Shown piece by piece: positions 18,909 through 28,305 of a stretch of DNA of 64,000 bases. Below the pieces are notes generated by a model that did no database searches, was not told the origin of the DNA, and worked only from the letters and a program-made list of their open reading frames with translations. Position numbers and translations under genes: made by a program. This DNA is from Candidatus Woesearchaeota archaeon (GTDB lineage: Archaea > Nanobdellota > Nanobdellia > Pacearchaeales > GW2011-AR1), in contig CAZUTV010000001.1 of assembly GCA_964623495.1 (NCBI GenBank), forward strand, positions 116,454 to 180,453, written 5' to 3'. Numbering within the stretch: the stretch's first letter is position 1; every line of letters starts with the position of its first letter.

Positions 18909-20660
18909 ATGACGCAAATAAAAACAATAAGACAACCAATTGTTACAGTCTGCGGACACGTAGATCACGGAAAGACAAGCATACTGGACAGTTTAAGGGA
19001 CACATGCATGGCTGACGAAGAAGCTGGAAGAATAACTCAAAAGATATCCTTTACATCTTATCCTATAAACCAGGTAAGAAAGGCCTGCCCGATAATTGAC
19101 CGGTCTGGAATTAAATTAGACATCCCAGGATTCTTATTAATAGACACCCCAGGACATGCTGCGTTCACAAACTTAAGGAAAAGAGGAGGGAGCTTAGCTG
19201 ATCTAGCAGTCCTTGTAATAGACATTAACGAAGGGATAAAGCCCCAAACCTCTGAAGTAATCCAAATTCTAAAATTGAATAAAACCCCCTTTCTTATTGC
19301 ATTAAATAAAATAGACAACGTCCAGGGCTGGAGAAGCGCCAGCAAGGATTTGGACCTAAAAGAAAGCATAGACACACAGCCCCAAAGAGTTAAAGAGATT
19401 TTCGCAGAAAAATACCTGACGCTGATAGCATCACTTCAAAGCTACGGATTTGATGCAGACCTATATTATAACATAAATGACTTCACAAAGAAAATTGCAT
19501 TAGTTCCTTGCTCTGCAAAAACTAAAGAAGGAATTCCTGAATTAATTATGATACTTTGCGGCTTAAGCCAGAGATATTTGACAAACAGGCTAACTCTGGG
19601 AAAAGATGCAAAAGGGGTTTTATTAGAGATAAAAAAAGAAAAGGCAACAAATTATATTGAAGCAATAATATATGACGGAGAGCTTTCAAAAAGCGATGAG
19701 ATAGCGGTATCTAATTTAGACGGCAAACCAACAATCACAAAAATAAGAGTTTTAGAAGAAATAGAACCCTTATGCAATAAATTCAAACCAAAAGAGAAGG
19801 TCAGTGCAGCTACCGGATTAAGAATTCAGTTTGCGGACAGACTGGAGATACTGCCAGGAATGCCATTTATAAAATTCAAAGGTAACAGGTCTGAAATTGA
19901 AAAACTATTCAAACAAGAGCTTACAGAAGCAATAAAAACAGATAAGCAAGGAATAATTGCAAAAGCAGACTCACTTGGAAGCCTGGAAGCATTGCTTGTT
20001 TTATTAAAACAAGCAAATATCCCGGTAATAAAGGCAGGCATAGGAAATATAAATAAAACAGATATAATTTCTGCCAAGGCAAATCTTGAAATTAACGAGC
20101 TGGACGCGATAATTGCAGGATTTAATATAGGAACAGATGAAGAGGCTGAGGAAATAAAAGGCAATGTAAAGATAATCACAGAGGATGTAATCTACAAGCT
20201 GATTGAAAACCTTGTTAAATTCAGGCAGGAAAAAGCCAAGGAAATTGAAAAGAAAAGATTAATGCAGCTAACAACCTTATGCAAACTTAAAATCCTCCAT
20301 CAGTATGTTTTCAGAAATACAAACCCCGCAATATTTGGGATTAGTGTTGAAACTGGAAAGATAATCCATGGGACAAGACTGATAAATGAAGGTAATGAAG
20401 AAATCGGAAGATTAAAGGCAATTCAATCAGAAAACAAATCAGTTGAAGAAGCAAACGAAGGAATGGAAGTTGCTATCTCGATTTCAGGGGCAAACTATGA
20501 AAGGCAGATAAAAAACCTAAAATTCCTGTATTCTGATCTGACAGAATCTCAGTTTAAAAATTTCAAGAAAAACAAAGATCTTTTATCTTCTAAAGAAACG
20601 GGCTTATTGCAGGAAATTGCAGAAATAAAACGCAAAACAAAATCTGATTGGGGAAACTAA
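18909..20660 (+). CDS. infB: translation initiation factor aIF5B (IF-2)
   Basis: RQPIVTVCGHVDHGKT, DTPGH, NKID, GSLEAL, FR..NPAIFG; ATG at 18909. Confidence 0.95.
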   Translation: MTQIKTIRQPIVTVCGHVDHGKTSILDSLRDTCMADEEAGRITQKISFTSYPINQVRKACPIIDRSGIKLDIPGFLLIDTPGHAAFTNLRKRGGSLADLAVLVIDINEGIKPQTSEVIQILKLNKTPFLIALNKIDNVQGWRSASKDLDLKESIDTQPQRVKEIFAEKYLTLIASLQSYGFDADLYYNINDFTKKIALVPCSAKTKEGIPELIMILCGLSQRYLTNRLTLGKDAKGVLLEIKKEKATNYIEAIIYDGELSKSDEIAVSNLDGKPTITKIRVLEEIEPLCNKFKPKEKVSAATGLRIQFADRLEILPGMPFIKFKGNRSEIEKLFKQELTEAIKTDKQGIIAKADSLGSLEALLVLLKQANIPVIKAGIGNINKTDIISAKANLEINELDAIIAGFNIGTDEEAEEIKGNVKIITEDVIYKLIENLVKFRQEKAKEIEKKRLMQLTTLCKLKILHQYVFRNTNPAIFGISVETGKIIHGTRLINEGNEEIGRLKAIQSENKSVEEANEGMEVAISISGANYERQIKNLKFLYSDLTESQFKNFKKNKDLLSSKETGLLQEIAEIKRKTKSDWGN

Positions 20661-20926
20661 TTATCACTAAAAGGCCTTGAAGATCCCCTATGATTTACAA
20701 TTCCAATAATGGTAACTTTTTCACTAGGGTTTATGGGAACTCCGCATCCAGGGCAAGGAACATAATTTTCCTTACTAGGGCTCCTGCCTCCACCAATGTT
20801 AAATCCGGCCATGACCTTTGTAGCCAAACCTCCACAATCACACTTATCAGTACCAGAATCTTTCATGGACTTGCTTCTTTCATAAGTTGTCCCACAATCA
20901 ATGCAATTGTACACATAGGTTGGCAT
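20657..20926 (-). CDS. FmdB-family zinc-ribbon protein
   Basis: MPTYVYNCIDCG...CDCG plus a second CPGC. Confidence 0.75.
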   Translation of the reverse strand: MPTYVYNCIDCGTTYERSKSMKDSGTDKCDCGGLATKVMAGFNIGGGRSPSKENYVPCPGCGVPINPSEKVTIIGIVNHRGSSRPFSDN

Positions 20927-21003
20927 TTGGTCTAACTAAGATCCCCCTTAAAAATCTTTCTAAATCCAAAATCTTTATAAAACCCAATATCTTATAAAAA
21001 CAC

Positions 21004-22059
21004 ATGGAAAATAAAGGGGTTTTATCTATATCTTTGATTGTAATGTCAATCCTTGCTGTTTTTCTAGTGGGTTTCGTAATGGCCGAAGATAATAATAGTT
21101 TAGGTAATAACAATTCAGGGAACGACAACAACCAAACACCAAACAACAATTCCGATAATAATGCTACCTCCTGCACAGAAGATTCTGATTGTACAAGAGG
21201 CTATGAATGCGAAGATGGCTTATGTGTTTTGGATGACGATGATGAGGAGGAAAATGAAACAGATGACGATTCTGATGACAATGAAGAAAACGAAACATCA
21301 TGTGAATGGAGATGCGGGGGTTGGTCTACATGTGCAAATAACAGCCAGACAAGAACCTGTGAAAATCCCATGAACTGCACAAGCCAAACACCTAAGTTAA
21401 GTAGATACTGCGCACAAAGAGATAAAGTTTGCTGCAAGTCAACAGAGATTGATGAAGATAACGAGACTAAAATAGAATATGAATATGAAGACCGATCTTC
21501 CTGTGTAAGTGAAGAAGGAGAAACAAAAGAAATTGTTGAAAAATCTCTTTGCATGAACAGGATAAGGGAAGAGTGTGATTACGACTCCGTAAAAGACCGG
21601 GTAAAATGCAGACTCGAAAACAGAAACAGGTTTGCAAACTTTTCAGAGTCTAATGAAACCTGTGAGGGATTGAGAAACAAAGGACTGTGTGTTGCGCTAT
21701 ATGTTCGGTCACAAAACTGTTTTAAGTTTGAAGAAGGAGAGAAAAAAGACCGATGCTTCAAGCAGGTCGCTGAATTCAGGCAGCACCAATTAAATAAGGA
21801 AGTAAATGAAAGCACAAACCAAACAAAAGCAAAAGAGAAAGTAAGGACTTACATGGTGTTGGTTTTGGAAAACCTACAAAAAAGAGCTGAGAAGGCTGTC
21901 GAGAATGGCAAGCTAACTTCATTGCAAGGAGCTAACATAATTGAGAGAATAGTTGAACTAAAGCAATCTCTACTAAATGAGGAAGATAAAGAAACAATTA
22001 GATTACAGATTCAAGAACTAAAAAACCTATGGAAGGTGCAGAGACTAGAAAATGAATAA
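21004..22059 (+). CDS. secreted Cys-rich protein with TSP1-like motif
   Basis: Signal peptide, Asn/acidic linker, CEWRCGGWSTC..QTRTC. Confidence 0.75.
   Translation: MENKGVLSISLIVMSILAVFLVGFVMAEDNNSLGNNNSGNDNNQTPNNNSDNNATSCTEDSDCTRGYECEDGLCVLDDDDEEENETDDDSDDNEENETSCEWRCGGWSTCANNSQTRTCENPMNCTSQTPKLSRYCAQRDKVCCKSTEIDEDNETKIEYEYEDRSSCVSEEGETKEIVEKSLCMNRIREECDYDSVKDRVKCRLENRNRFANFSESNETCEGLRNKGLCVALYVRSQNCFKFEEGEKKDRCFKQVAEFRQHQLNKEVNESTNQTKAKEKVRTYMVLVLENLQKRAEKAVENGKLTSLQGANIIERIVELKQSLLNEEDKETIRLQIQELKNLWKVQRLENE
21349..21382 (+). repeat. 34-bp exact repeat shared with 27654-27687 (TSP1-like module)
   Basis: ACAAGAACCTGTGAAAATCCCATGAACTGCACAA in both genes. Confidence 0.9.
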
Positions 22060-22126
22060 ACTTTCATCAGAGGCAGAGAGAGAAAGTTGGCTCGGATGCA
22101 GGATAAAAACCCGCAGGTGGTTTTTA
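22059..22126 (+). repeat. structured non-coding element, copy 1
   Basis: AACTTTC/GAAAGTT stem, 14-nt TCAGAGGCA loop, terminal AAAAACC...GGTTTTT hairpin just before ATG 22129. Confidence 0.65.
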
Positions 22127-22128
22127 AA

Positions 22129-22332
22129 ATGAATAAGAAGTTGATTTGGACTATTACAATTGCAGTATTAGTTATACTTTTCATATTCTTAATAGTAAAT
22201 AATAGTGATAAAACTCCCAGTGAAGAGGAAGGGGGGGATCTCCCAGACACAGACAAAGTGCAATACAACGCACTAGCCACATCAAGCGATGATTTCCAAG
22301 CATTAGAAGAAGCAGTTAATCAGTTGGGATAA
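22129..22332 (+). CDS. small membrane-anchored protein
   Basis: ATG 22129, N-terminal TM, acidic tail. Confidence 0.7.
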   Translation: MNKKLIWTITIAVLVILFIFLIVNNSDKTPSEEEGGDLPDTDKVQYNALATSSDDFQALEEAVNQLG

Positions 22333-22398
22333 TTCTTAGATGATATCTATTCTTAAGCAGAATTAATCTTTTAAGCGTTCTTTTCTCTTTGAAGCTTA

Positions 22399-22749
22399 AT
22401 GACTGAACAATTAATAAGAAAAATATATAGATTGCTTCTAAAATATATAAATTCGGAGGTTTCTAGTAGAGCAGTAGGAATTAGAAACCCAGATTATGAA
22501 GCCCAAGGAAAAGGAGATTTAGGGAGAATAGCTATAAGGACCGGCCTCTCAATAGATAAGCTTGTGAAGGAGGGGGTAGAATATGCATATCTTGAATCTG
22601 AATTTGAAACTCAAACCCAAAACCCAACCAGAACAACTCCTGAAATTGGAAGACTATTAGTATCAAAAGACGGCCAAAGGTACTCAATCTCAATAGCCAG
22701 AAAGGATACAACCATGCCTTATATGATTAATGTTTCTAGACAAGTATAA
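22399..22749 (+). CDS. hypothetical protein
   Basis: 116-aa ORF. Confidence 0.6.
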   Translation: MTEQLIRKIYRLLLKYINSEVSSRAVGIRNPDYEAQGKGDLGRIAIRTGLSIDKLVKEGVEYAYLESEFETQTQNPTRTTPEIGRLLVSKDGQRYSISIARKDTTMPYMINVSRQV

Positions 22750-22793
22750 ACAAAACCTTTTTAAGCTAAATTTTACCTAATCTATAATATAAC

Positions 22794-23273
22794 ATGTTCA
22801 AAATTAATATATCTACAAAAGAAGGAAAAACCTACAAGCTGGAACTAGAAAGCGAAGCGCTTACTGAAAAAGAACTTCATTCAAAAATCCCGGGAAATGA
22901 TTTGCTTCCTGCATTAGACGGCTATGAATTGGAGATTACAGGAGCAAGTGACAAAGCAGGTTTTCCTGCAGTTGAAGAGGTTGAAGGTGTTGGACTAAAA
23001 AAAGTTTTGCTAAAATACGGAAAAGCTATGAAAAACAGGCCAAGAAAATTTGGGAAGAAAAAAAGGTCAAAAAACAAACCAAAAGGCCTAAGATTGAGAA
23101 AAACAGTAAGGGGAAAGGTTATCTCTCCGGACATTATTCAAATTAATTTAAAAGTAATTAAGGAAGGGAAAAAAAGCCTTCAAGAGATATTCCCAGAGCA
23201 AAACAAGCCAAAGGAAAAAGTCAAATGGCAGCCTCCAAAGCCTGCAGAAGCTCCGGCAGAACCTGCGCAATAA
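22794..23273 (+). CDS. rps6e: 30S ribosomal protein S6e
   Basis: FKINIS, GYELEITGASDKAGFP, GLRLRKTVRG, QINLK. Confidence 0.94.
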   Translation: MFKINISTKEGKTYKLELESEALTEKELHSKIPGNDLLPALDGYELEITGASDKAGFPAVEEVEGVGLKKVLLKYGKAMKNRPRKFGKKKRSKNKPKGLRLRKTVRGKVISPDIIQINLKVIKEGKKSLQEIFPEQNKPKEKVKWQPPKPAEAPAEPAQ

Positions 23274-23341
23274 TTGATACTTCTTATCAGTAACAACAAA
23301 ATAGAAACATTTATAAACCTCTAATTTCTAAGCAAAATACA

Positions 23342-23551
23342 ATGACAAATGAGGATTATTCAAGACTTGCAATAGAAGACGCTTATGATAATTTAGTTGC
23401 AACACGAACACCAAATCCTAGAAGCAATCAAACACTAACATACGAATGCGGACGCTGCGGGCAAAGTGTCGGTGATTTAGTTGCTCACCAGGATGTTTTT
23501 CACCCAGATGTTGTTCAAGCAAGAAACTTAAGCTTAACAAGAAAAAGATAA
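23342..23551 (+). CDS. small C2H2-type zinc-finger protein
   Basis: YECGRCG.....LVAHQDVFH. Confidence 0.6.
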   Translation: MTNEDYSRLAIEDAYDNLVATRTPNPRSNQTLTYECGRCGQSVGDLVAHQDVFHPDVVQARNLSLTRKR

Positions 23552-23552
23552 A

Positions 23553-23900
23553 ATGAGGACATTAAAAAGAGTGTTCATTAACACAACATTAATTGCAACA
23601 GGATTATTATTTGTTCCACCCATAGTAGAATCTCTCTTTGATAAGCCAATTAAACAAACAAGTGCAGAACAAAGACCATTGACTACCCAAGATATTCAAA
23701 CTGCAAACTGGTTAAAATATGAGGGCAACAAGGAAAGAAGAGATCCAAGTTACAAATTCTTTAGTTTTGAAAATGTTCCGCAGAGAATAGGTAATGAAAA
23801 TACCTATGTTAGAGAAGTTGAACAAAGAAATTATGGGGCAGCAGATAGTTTGTGGGAATATCCAGACCTAGACGGAAACGGAATAGTTAAATCAAGATAA
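23553..23900 (+). CDS. membrane-anchored hypothetical protein
   Basis: N-terminal hydrophobic stretch; DLDGNG at C-terminus. Confidence 0.6.
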   Translation: MRTLKRVFINTTLIATGLLFVPPIVESLFDKPIKQTSAEQRPLTTQDIQTANWLKYEGNKERRDPSYKFFSFENVPQRIGNENTYVREVEQRNYGAADSLWEYPDLDGNGIVKSR

Positions 23901-24593
23901 TTATCTTTCTTTCAAAAAATCATAAAATCTCATTCCTTTAATTTTTTCTAAATCTTCTTGAGAAACATCCACATTAGGGAGATGATAATAAACCATAGTT
24001 CCTTCATCCATAAAGCCAGTTGTTCCATGCGAATCAAGAATAAATCTCTTAAATCCCTGTCCGCCATCAGGCCTAATCTGCCTCCTAGATAAAGACTCAA
24101 GAGCTCTTAAAACAACTCTAACAGCCATGCTAGGAGAATAAATTGAAGGTCTTCTTTTAGTCAATAACTGAATTTGTTCTGGATCCTTTTCAACCAGCTC
24201 TGTTGCAAGGATGTCTTCATTCTTACGAATAACTTTAGAATAATTAAATCCTCCCCCTCCATCTCTAACATGAATCAAAACGTCAGAAGGATAAAAATCT
24301 CTCCCAACAATAACATGTTCATACGGAAAGCCCTTATTTCCCCATTCTGCAGCATTCCTCACCATCTCAAGTTCAGCACTTTCAAGCCATTCTGCAATAG
24401 TATGGTGCTCATTTATTCTTCTGTCTCCGAAAACTCCAGAATAAACTTGCATTAAGTATCTTTGATAAGCAGACGTATCCTCTCCTTCTTGCGCATAAAA
24501 ACGCCTCAAATCAGAACCAAAAGCCTCTGAATGAGTATATAATGGATCTCCTAATTCTGCCTTAATTTCCCATAATGATTTATCAGAAATCAT
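23901..24593 (-). CDS. RsbW-like GHKL (HATPase_c) protein
   Basis: EMVRNAAEWGN N-box, VRDGGGGF G1 box, GGQG G2 box. Confidence 0.65.
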   Translation of the reverse strand: MISDKSLWEIKAELGDPLYTHSEAFGSDLRRFYAQEGEDTSAYQRYLMQVYSGVFGDRRINEHHTIAEWLESAELEMVRNAAEWGNKGFPYEHVIVGRDFYPSDVLIHVRDGGGGFNYSKVIRKNEDILATELVEKDPEQIQLLTKRRPSIYSPSMAVRVVLRALESLSRRQIRPDGGQGFKRFILDSHGTTGFMDEGTMVYYHLPNVDVSQEDLEKIKGMRFYDFLKER

Positions 24594-24594
24594 C

Positions 24595-24951
24595 TTAATC
24601 CTCTCTGTTGATGCCTAAAAGACGCAGGATATTTTTAAGGGTCCCAGGACGAACATCTTCATTATCATTTCTGTGTGGAACTGCGGCTGTTCTGCCATCG
24701 GGCATTTCATAGATTTTATGGGCAGAACTTCTAACTAATCTACCCCCATGGCTTTGAATTAATCTTCTAAGATCTCTAACCTTCATTGGTTTAAACCCCC
24801 CAAAGAAAACAACATTGTCCAGATAAGAATCATTTCTTCTCTCTCTTAAACCTTCAAAATCTATTCCAGCATAAGCTGGCTGGTAGCTTGCAAAGTAATC
24901 TAAGAATTTTTCTCTTACTGAATTGTAAATTTCTATTATTGCCTGTCTCAT
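24595..24951 (-). CDS. HicA-family (dsRBD-fold) toxin-like protein with N-terminal extension
   Basis: MKVRDLRRLIQSHG..LVRSSAH.IY...G....VPH....V..GTLKNILR. Confidence 0.7.
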   Translation of the reverse strand: MRQAIIEIYNSVREKFLDYFASYQPAYAGIDFEGLRERRNDSYLDNVVFFGGFKPMKVRDLRRLIQSHGGRLVRSSAHKIYEMPDGRTAAVPHRNDNEDVRPGTLKNILRLLGINRED

Positions 24952-25044
24952 TTTCTATATCACTTTTCAGTAGTTACTATTTATAAAGGTTTCTAAAATG
25001 GCTTTAAAAGAACATTTTAAAAACTTACCAAAGCATCTGTTTAA

Positions 25045-26262
25045 ATGGCAAAGACAGAAACAAAACAAGAAGCAAAAGAGATTCCAGAAATAAATGTCGG
25101 AGTAGTTGGGCACATAGATCACGGCAAAACAACACTTTTAAGCAAGCTGACCGGAAAATTCACAGACACTCATTCAGAAGAGCTAAAAAGAGGAATCACA
25201 ATAAAGCTTGGTTATGCTGATGCTACGATTTACAAAAAAGACAATGTTTTTTCAACAAAAAAAGAGCCTGGAGCTGTTCCTGTAAGATACATAAGCTTTA
25301 TTGATGCGCCCGGTCACGAGATGCTTATGGCAACAATGCTTTCTGGAGCTGCAATAATTGATGCTGCAATTCTTGTTATTGCGGCAAACGAAGGAATAAA
25401 ACCCCAAACCAAAGAGCATTTCATGGCCTTGCAGGCAAAGAAAATAAAGAACATTATAATAATCCAAAACAAAATTGACCTTGTAAACAAAGAGCAGGCG
25501 CTAAAAAACTATAAAGAAATAAAGGAATTTGTCAAAGGAAGCCTGGCAGAAAACTCCCCAATAATTCCGATTTCTGCGCAGCAGGAAATAAACATTGACA
25601 GGCTTCTTGAAAAACTCTGCAAGATAGAAATTCAAAAAAAAGACTCTGCAAGCTTTCCTCTTTTCCTAATAGCGAGAAGTTTCGACATAAACAAGCCAGG
25701 GACAAAACTCCAAAACATAAAAGGGGGGGTTCTTGGAGGAGTTTTAAAGCAAGGAAAGTTAAAAGTTGGCCAGGAGATTGAAATAAAGCCCGGATTAAAC
25801 TATGTGAAGGCAAATCAAAGAGTTTACGAGACAATAACTGCAAAAATCCTCTCGCTGCATAAAGGAAATCAAACACTTGAAGAAGTTTATCCTGGTCCAA
25901 GCATCTCAATAGAAACTTCGTTAGACCCAACACTAACAAAAACAGATTCCCTGACAGGATGCTTAGTCTCTTCAAAAGGAAATCTACCTGAAATAACACA
26001 CAAGGTAAAAATAAAATCAAGGATTTTCGGAGAAGTTCTAGGCAGTGAAAAGAGCCAGAAGGTAGACCCAATAAAGACAAAAGAACTTTTGATGCTAAAC
26101 ATAAACACAACAATAACTGTAGGCAGCGTTGAAAAAATCTCTGGAAATGAATTAGAGCTTGCATTAAATATTCCTATAGTCCCTTTAAAAGGCGAAAACG
26201 TCGGAATTGCCAGAAACATTAACGGCCACTGGAGGTTAATCGGCTGGGGCGAGATAATCTAA
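25045..26262 (+). CDS. eif2g: translation initiation factor aIF2 gamma subunit
   Basis: GHIDHGKT, DTHSEELKRGITIKLGYA, DAPGHE, QNKID, WRLIGWG. Confidence 0.96.
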   Translation: MAKTETKQEAKEIPEINVGVVGHIDHGKTTLLSKLTGKFTDTHSEELKRGITIKLGYADATIYKKDNVFSTKKEPGAVPVRYISFIDAPGHEMLMATMLSGAAIIDAAILVIAANEGIKPQTKEHFMALQAKKIKNIIIIQNKIDLVNKEQALKNYKEIKEFVKGSLAENSPIIPISAQQEINIDRLLEKLCKIEIQKKDSASFPLFLIARSFDINKPGTKLQNIKGGVLGGVLKQGKLKVGQEIEIKPGLNYVKANQRVYETITAKILSLHKGNQTLEEVYPGPSISIETSLDPTLTKTDSLTGCLVSSKGNLPEITHKVKIKSRIFGEVLGSEKSQKVDPIKTKELLMLNINTTITVGSVEKISGNELELALNIPIVPLKGENVGIARNINGHWRLIGWGEII

Positions 26263-26344
26263 TAAGGGGAAAATTCTTTAACAATTAAACAGGACAAGAT
26301 CTATCATAAATAAGGTTTAAAAAACAGAAAAATCTTAATACAAA

Positions 26345-27022
26345 ATGATCCCAAAACATGTTGCAATAATCCCTGACGGAAACAGAAGATGGGCCAAAAA
26401 AAGGGGAATCCCAATAAGCCTGGTTTATAAGATTTCTGGAGACTATCAACGGGCTAAGAAAAAGGCAGAAGAAGCAAAAAAACTCGGGATAAAATGCCTT
26501 TCAATATGGGCCTTTTCAACAGAGAATTGGAAAAGGGATGAAAAAGAAATAAAATCAACATTTGAAACAATAAACAATTTTCTTGATTTAATGATAAAAA
26601 ATGTAAAAGACGACAAAATCGGATTTAGATGGATTGGGAGGAGCGATAGAATCCCAAAAAATACCTTAAAAAAATTAATTGAACTTGAAGCAAAAACAAA
26701 GAAATACCGGACTTTTACACTTGTGCTTGGGATAGATTATGGAGGAAGAGACGAATTAATAAGATCCATAAACAAGGCAATACAAAATAAAAAAACAATC
26801 AATGAGAAATCTTTTCAAAATTTTCTTGACACAAAAAATCTTCCTGATCCGGATCTAATAATTAGGACAGGAGGGGAGAAACGTCTTTCAGGACTGATGC
26901 CTTTCCAAGCAACCTATGCAGAGCTATACTTCACAGATAAATTTTTTCCTGAATTTGAAATAGAAGACTTAAAGAAAGCAGTAAAAGATTTTGAAAACAG
27001 AAAAAGAAATTTCGGAAAGTAA
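26345..27022 (+). CDS. uppS: cis-prenyltransferase (polyprenyl diphosphate synthase)
   Basis: HVAIIPDGNRRWA, FSTENWKR, YGGRDE, PDLIIRTGGEKRLS. Confidence 0.94.
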   Translation: MIPKHVAIIPDGNRRWAKKRGIPISLVYKISGDYQRAKKKAEEAKKLGIKCLSIWAFSTENWKRDEKEIKSTFETINNFLDLMIKNVKDDKIGFRWIGRSDRIPKNTLKKLIELEAKTKKYRTFTLVLGIDYGGRDELIRSINKAIQNKKTINEKSFQNFLDTKNLPDPDLIIRTGGEKRLSGLMPFQATYAELYFTDKFFPEFEIEDLKKAVKDFENRKRNFGK

Positions 27023-27053
27023 GGCTTATAAATCTAAAAAAACTGTCTTTAAG

Positions 27054-28217
27054 ATGAAAAAGGGGTTGCTAATCTTTGTATCTTTAGTATTAGTATTAAC
27101 TTTATCTATTAGTGCAGAAACCTATGATGCTTCTGAATCTGATCTTGTAAGCGGATACACAAAGGACCTTGAGTCAGGGGACCAGATAGAATTTACAATA
27201 GGCGTAGAAAGGTATGGCCTAAAAGTTAATGCAATATATCAAAACATGATTAAGATAAAAGTTTCCCAAAACGATCCTAAATTTTTGGGAATTTCTGGAA
27301 ATGCAAACCCATCAGAGATAAAACTTGAGCTAGATTTTGACAATTTTTATGACCTCGAAACAAAGTTGAATAGTATAGCAGAAGAAGGAAATGACTCGCT
27401 TATCGCCAGCCTAACCTTAAAAAAAATACATGAAGAAATTCCTGCAAACACGGTCTTGCCATACTCTTGTTATAAAGCCTACGCCTGCCCTAATGGAGAA
27501 AAAATAAAGCAGTGTTGGGAGATAGTTAAGGAAAATGAAACAACTGCTTGCAGATGCCAGGGAGTTTCAACAGAAGATTGTGAAAGCCAGAGGCAAGAAA
27601 AAGCGTGTGAATGGCAGTGTGGGGGCTGGACAGAGTGCATAAATGGAACAAAAACAAGAACCTGTGAAAATCCCATGAACTGCACAAAAGCAGAGCCAGA
27701 AGAATCACAAGCGTGTCAAATTCAGCAGCAAAGCGAGAAAAAAATTCTTAAGTTCGAGAATAAAACAGGGGAAGTGTGCTTGGAAGGTTGCACATGCCAG
27801 GGCGTTGTAATGAGATGTAATCTTGCAGCAGGAAGAGAAATGGTGGTTTATACATCCTCTGGAAACACAATAGTCCAGGTTCAAGGAATTAACATGACAA
27901 CAAATGTTACCTTATACAAAGAAGGGGACATTATTAAAGGAAATTTTTCAGGCAACAGGGAAAAAGAGATAATTCTTCCAGACCGCGTTAAAGAAAATAT
28001 AAAAGAAAAAATTAAATCAACCCTGGAAAATTTGGAGATGGAACTGACAAATGAAGGTTTCTACGAAGCGCACGGAAAAAAGAAAGCGCGTTTATTTTTC
28101 ATAATACCTACAAAAGAAAGCATAAATGCCCAGGTTAATGCAGAAAACGGCCAGATCATAAGCACAAGTAGCTCTTGGTGGGGTTTCCTAGCAAGAGACA
28201 GGAAGGAAAACAATTAA
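27054..28217 (+). CDS. secreted Cys-rich protein with TSP1-like motif
   Basis: Signal peptide from ATG 27054; CEWQCGGWTEC..KTRTC; C-terminal WWGFLA. Confidence 0.75.
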   Translation: MKKGLLIFVSLVLVLTLSISAETYDASESDLVSGYTKDLESGDQIEFTIGVERYGLKVNAIYQNMIKIKVSQNDPKFLGISGNANPSEIKLELDFDNFYDLETKLNSIAEEGNDSLIASLTLKKIHEEIPANTVLPYSCYKAYACPNGEKIKQCWEIVKENETTACRCQGVSTEDCESQRQEKACEWQCGGWTECINGTKTRTCENPMNCTKAEPEESQACQIQQQSEKKILKFENKTGEVCLEGCTCQGVVMRCNLAAGREMVVYTSSGNTIVQVQGINMTTNVTLYKEGDIIKGNFSGNREKEIILPDRVKENIKEKIKSTLENLEMELTNEGFYEAHGKKKARLFFIIPTKESINAQVNAENGQIISTSSSWWGFLARDRKENN

Positions 28218-28305
28218 TAACCTATATATTTATCGAAAAGATCTTCCTATTAAGTCCCTTCCAAAACCCTTAAATATTGTTAATTCTTTAGATTATTTAG
28301 CTAAA

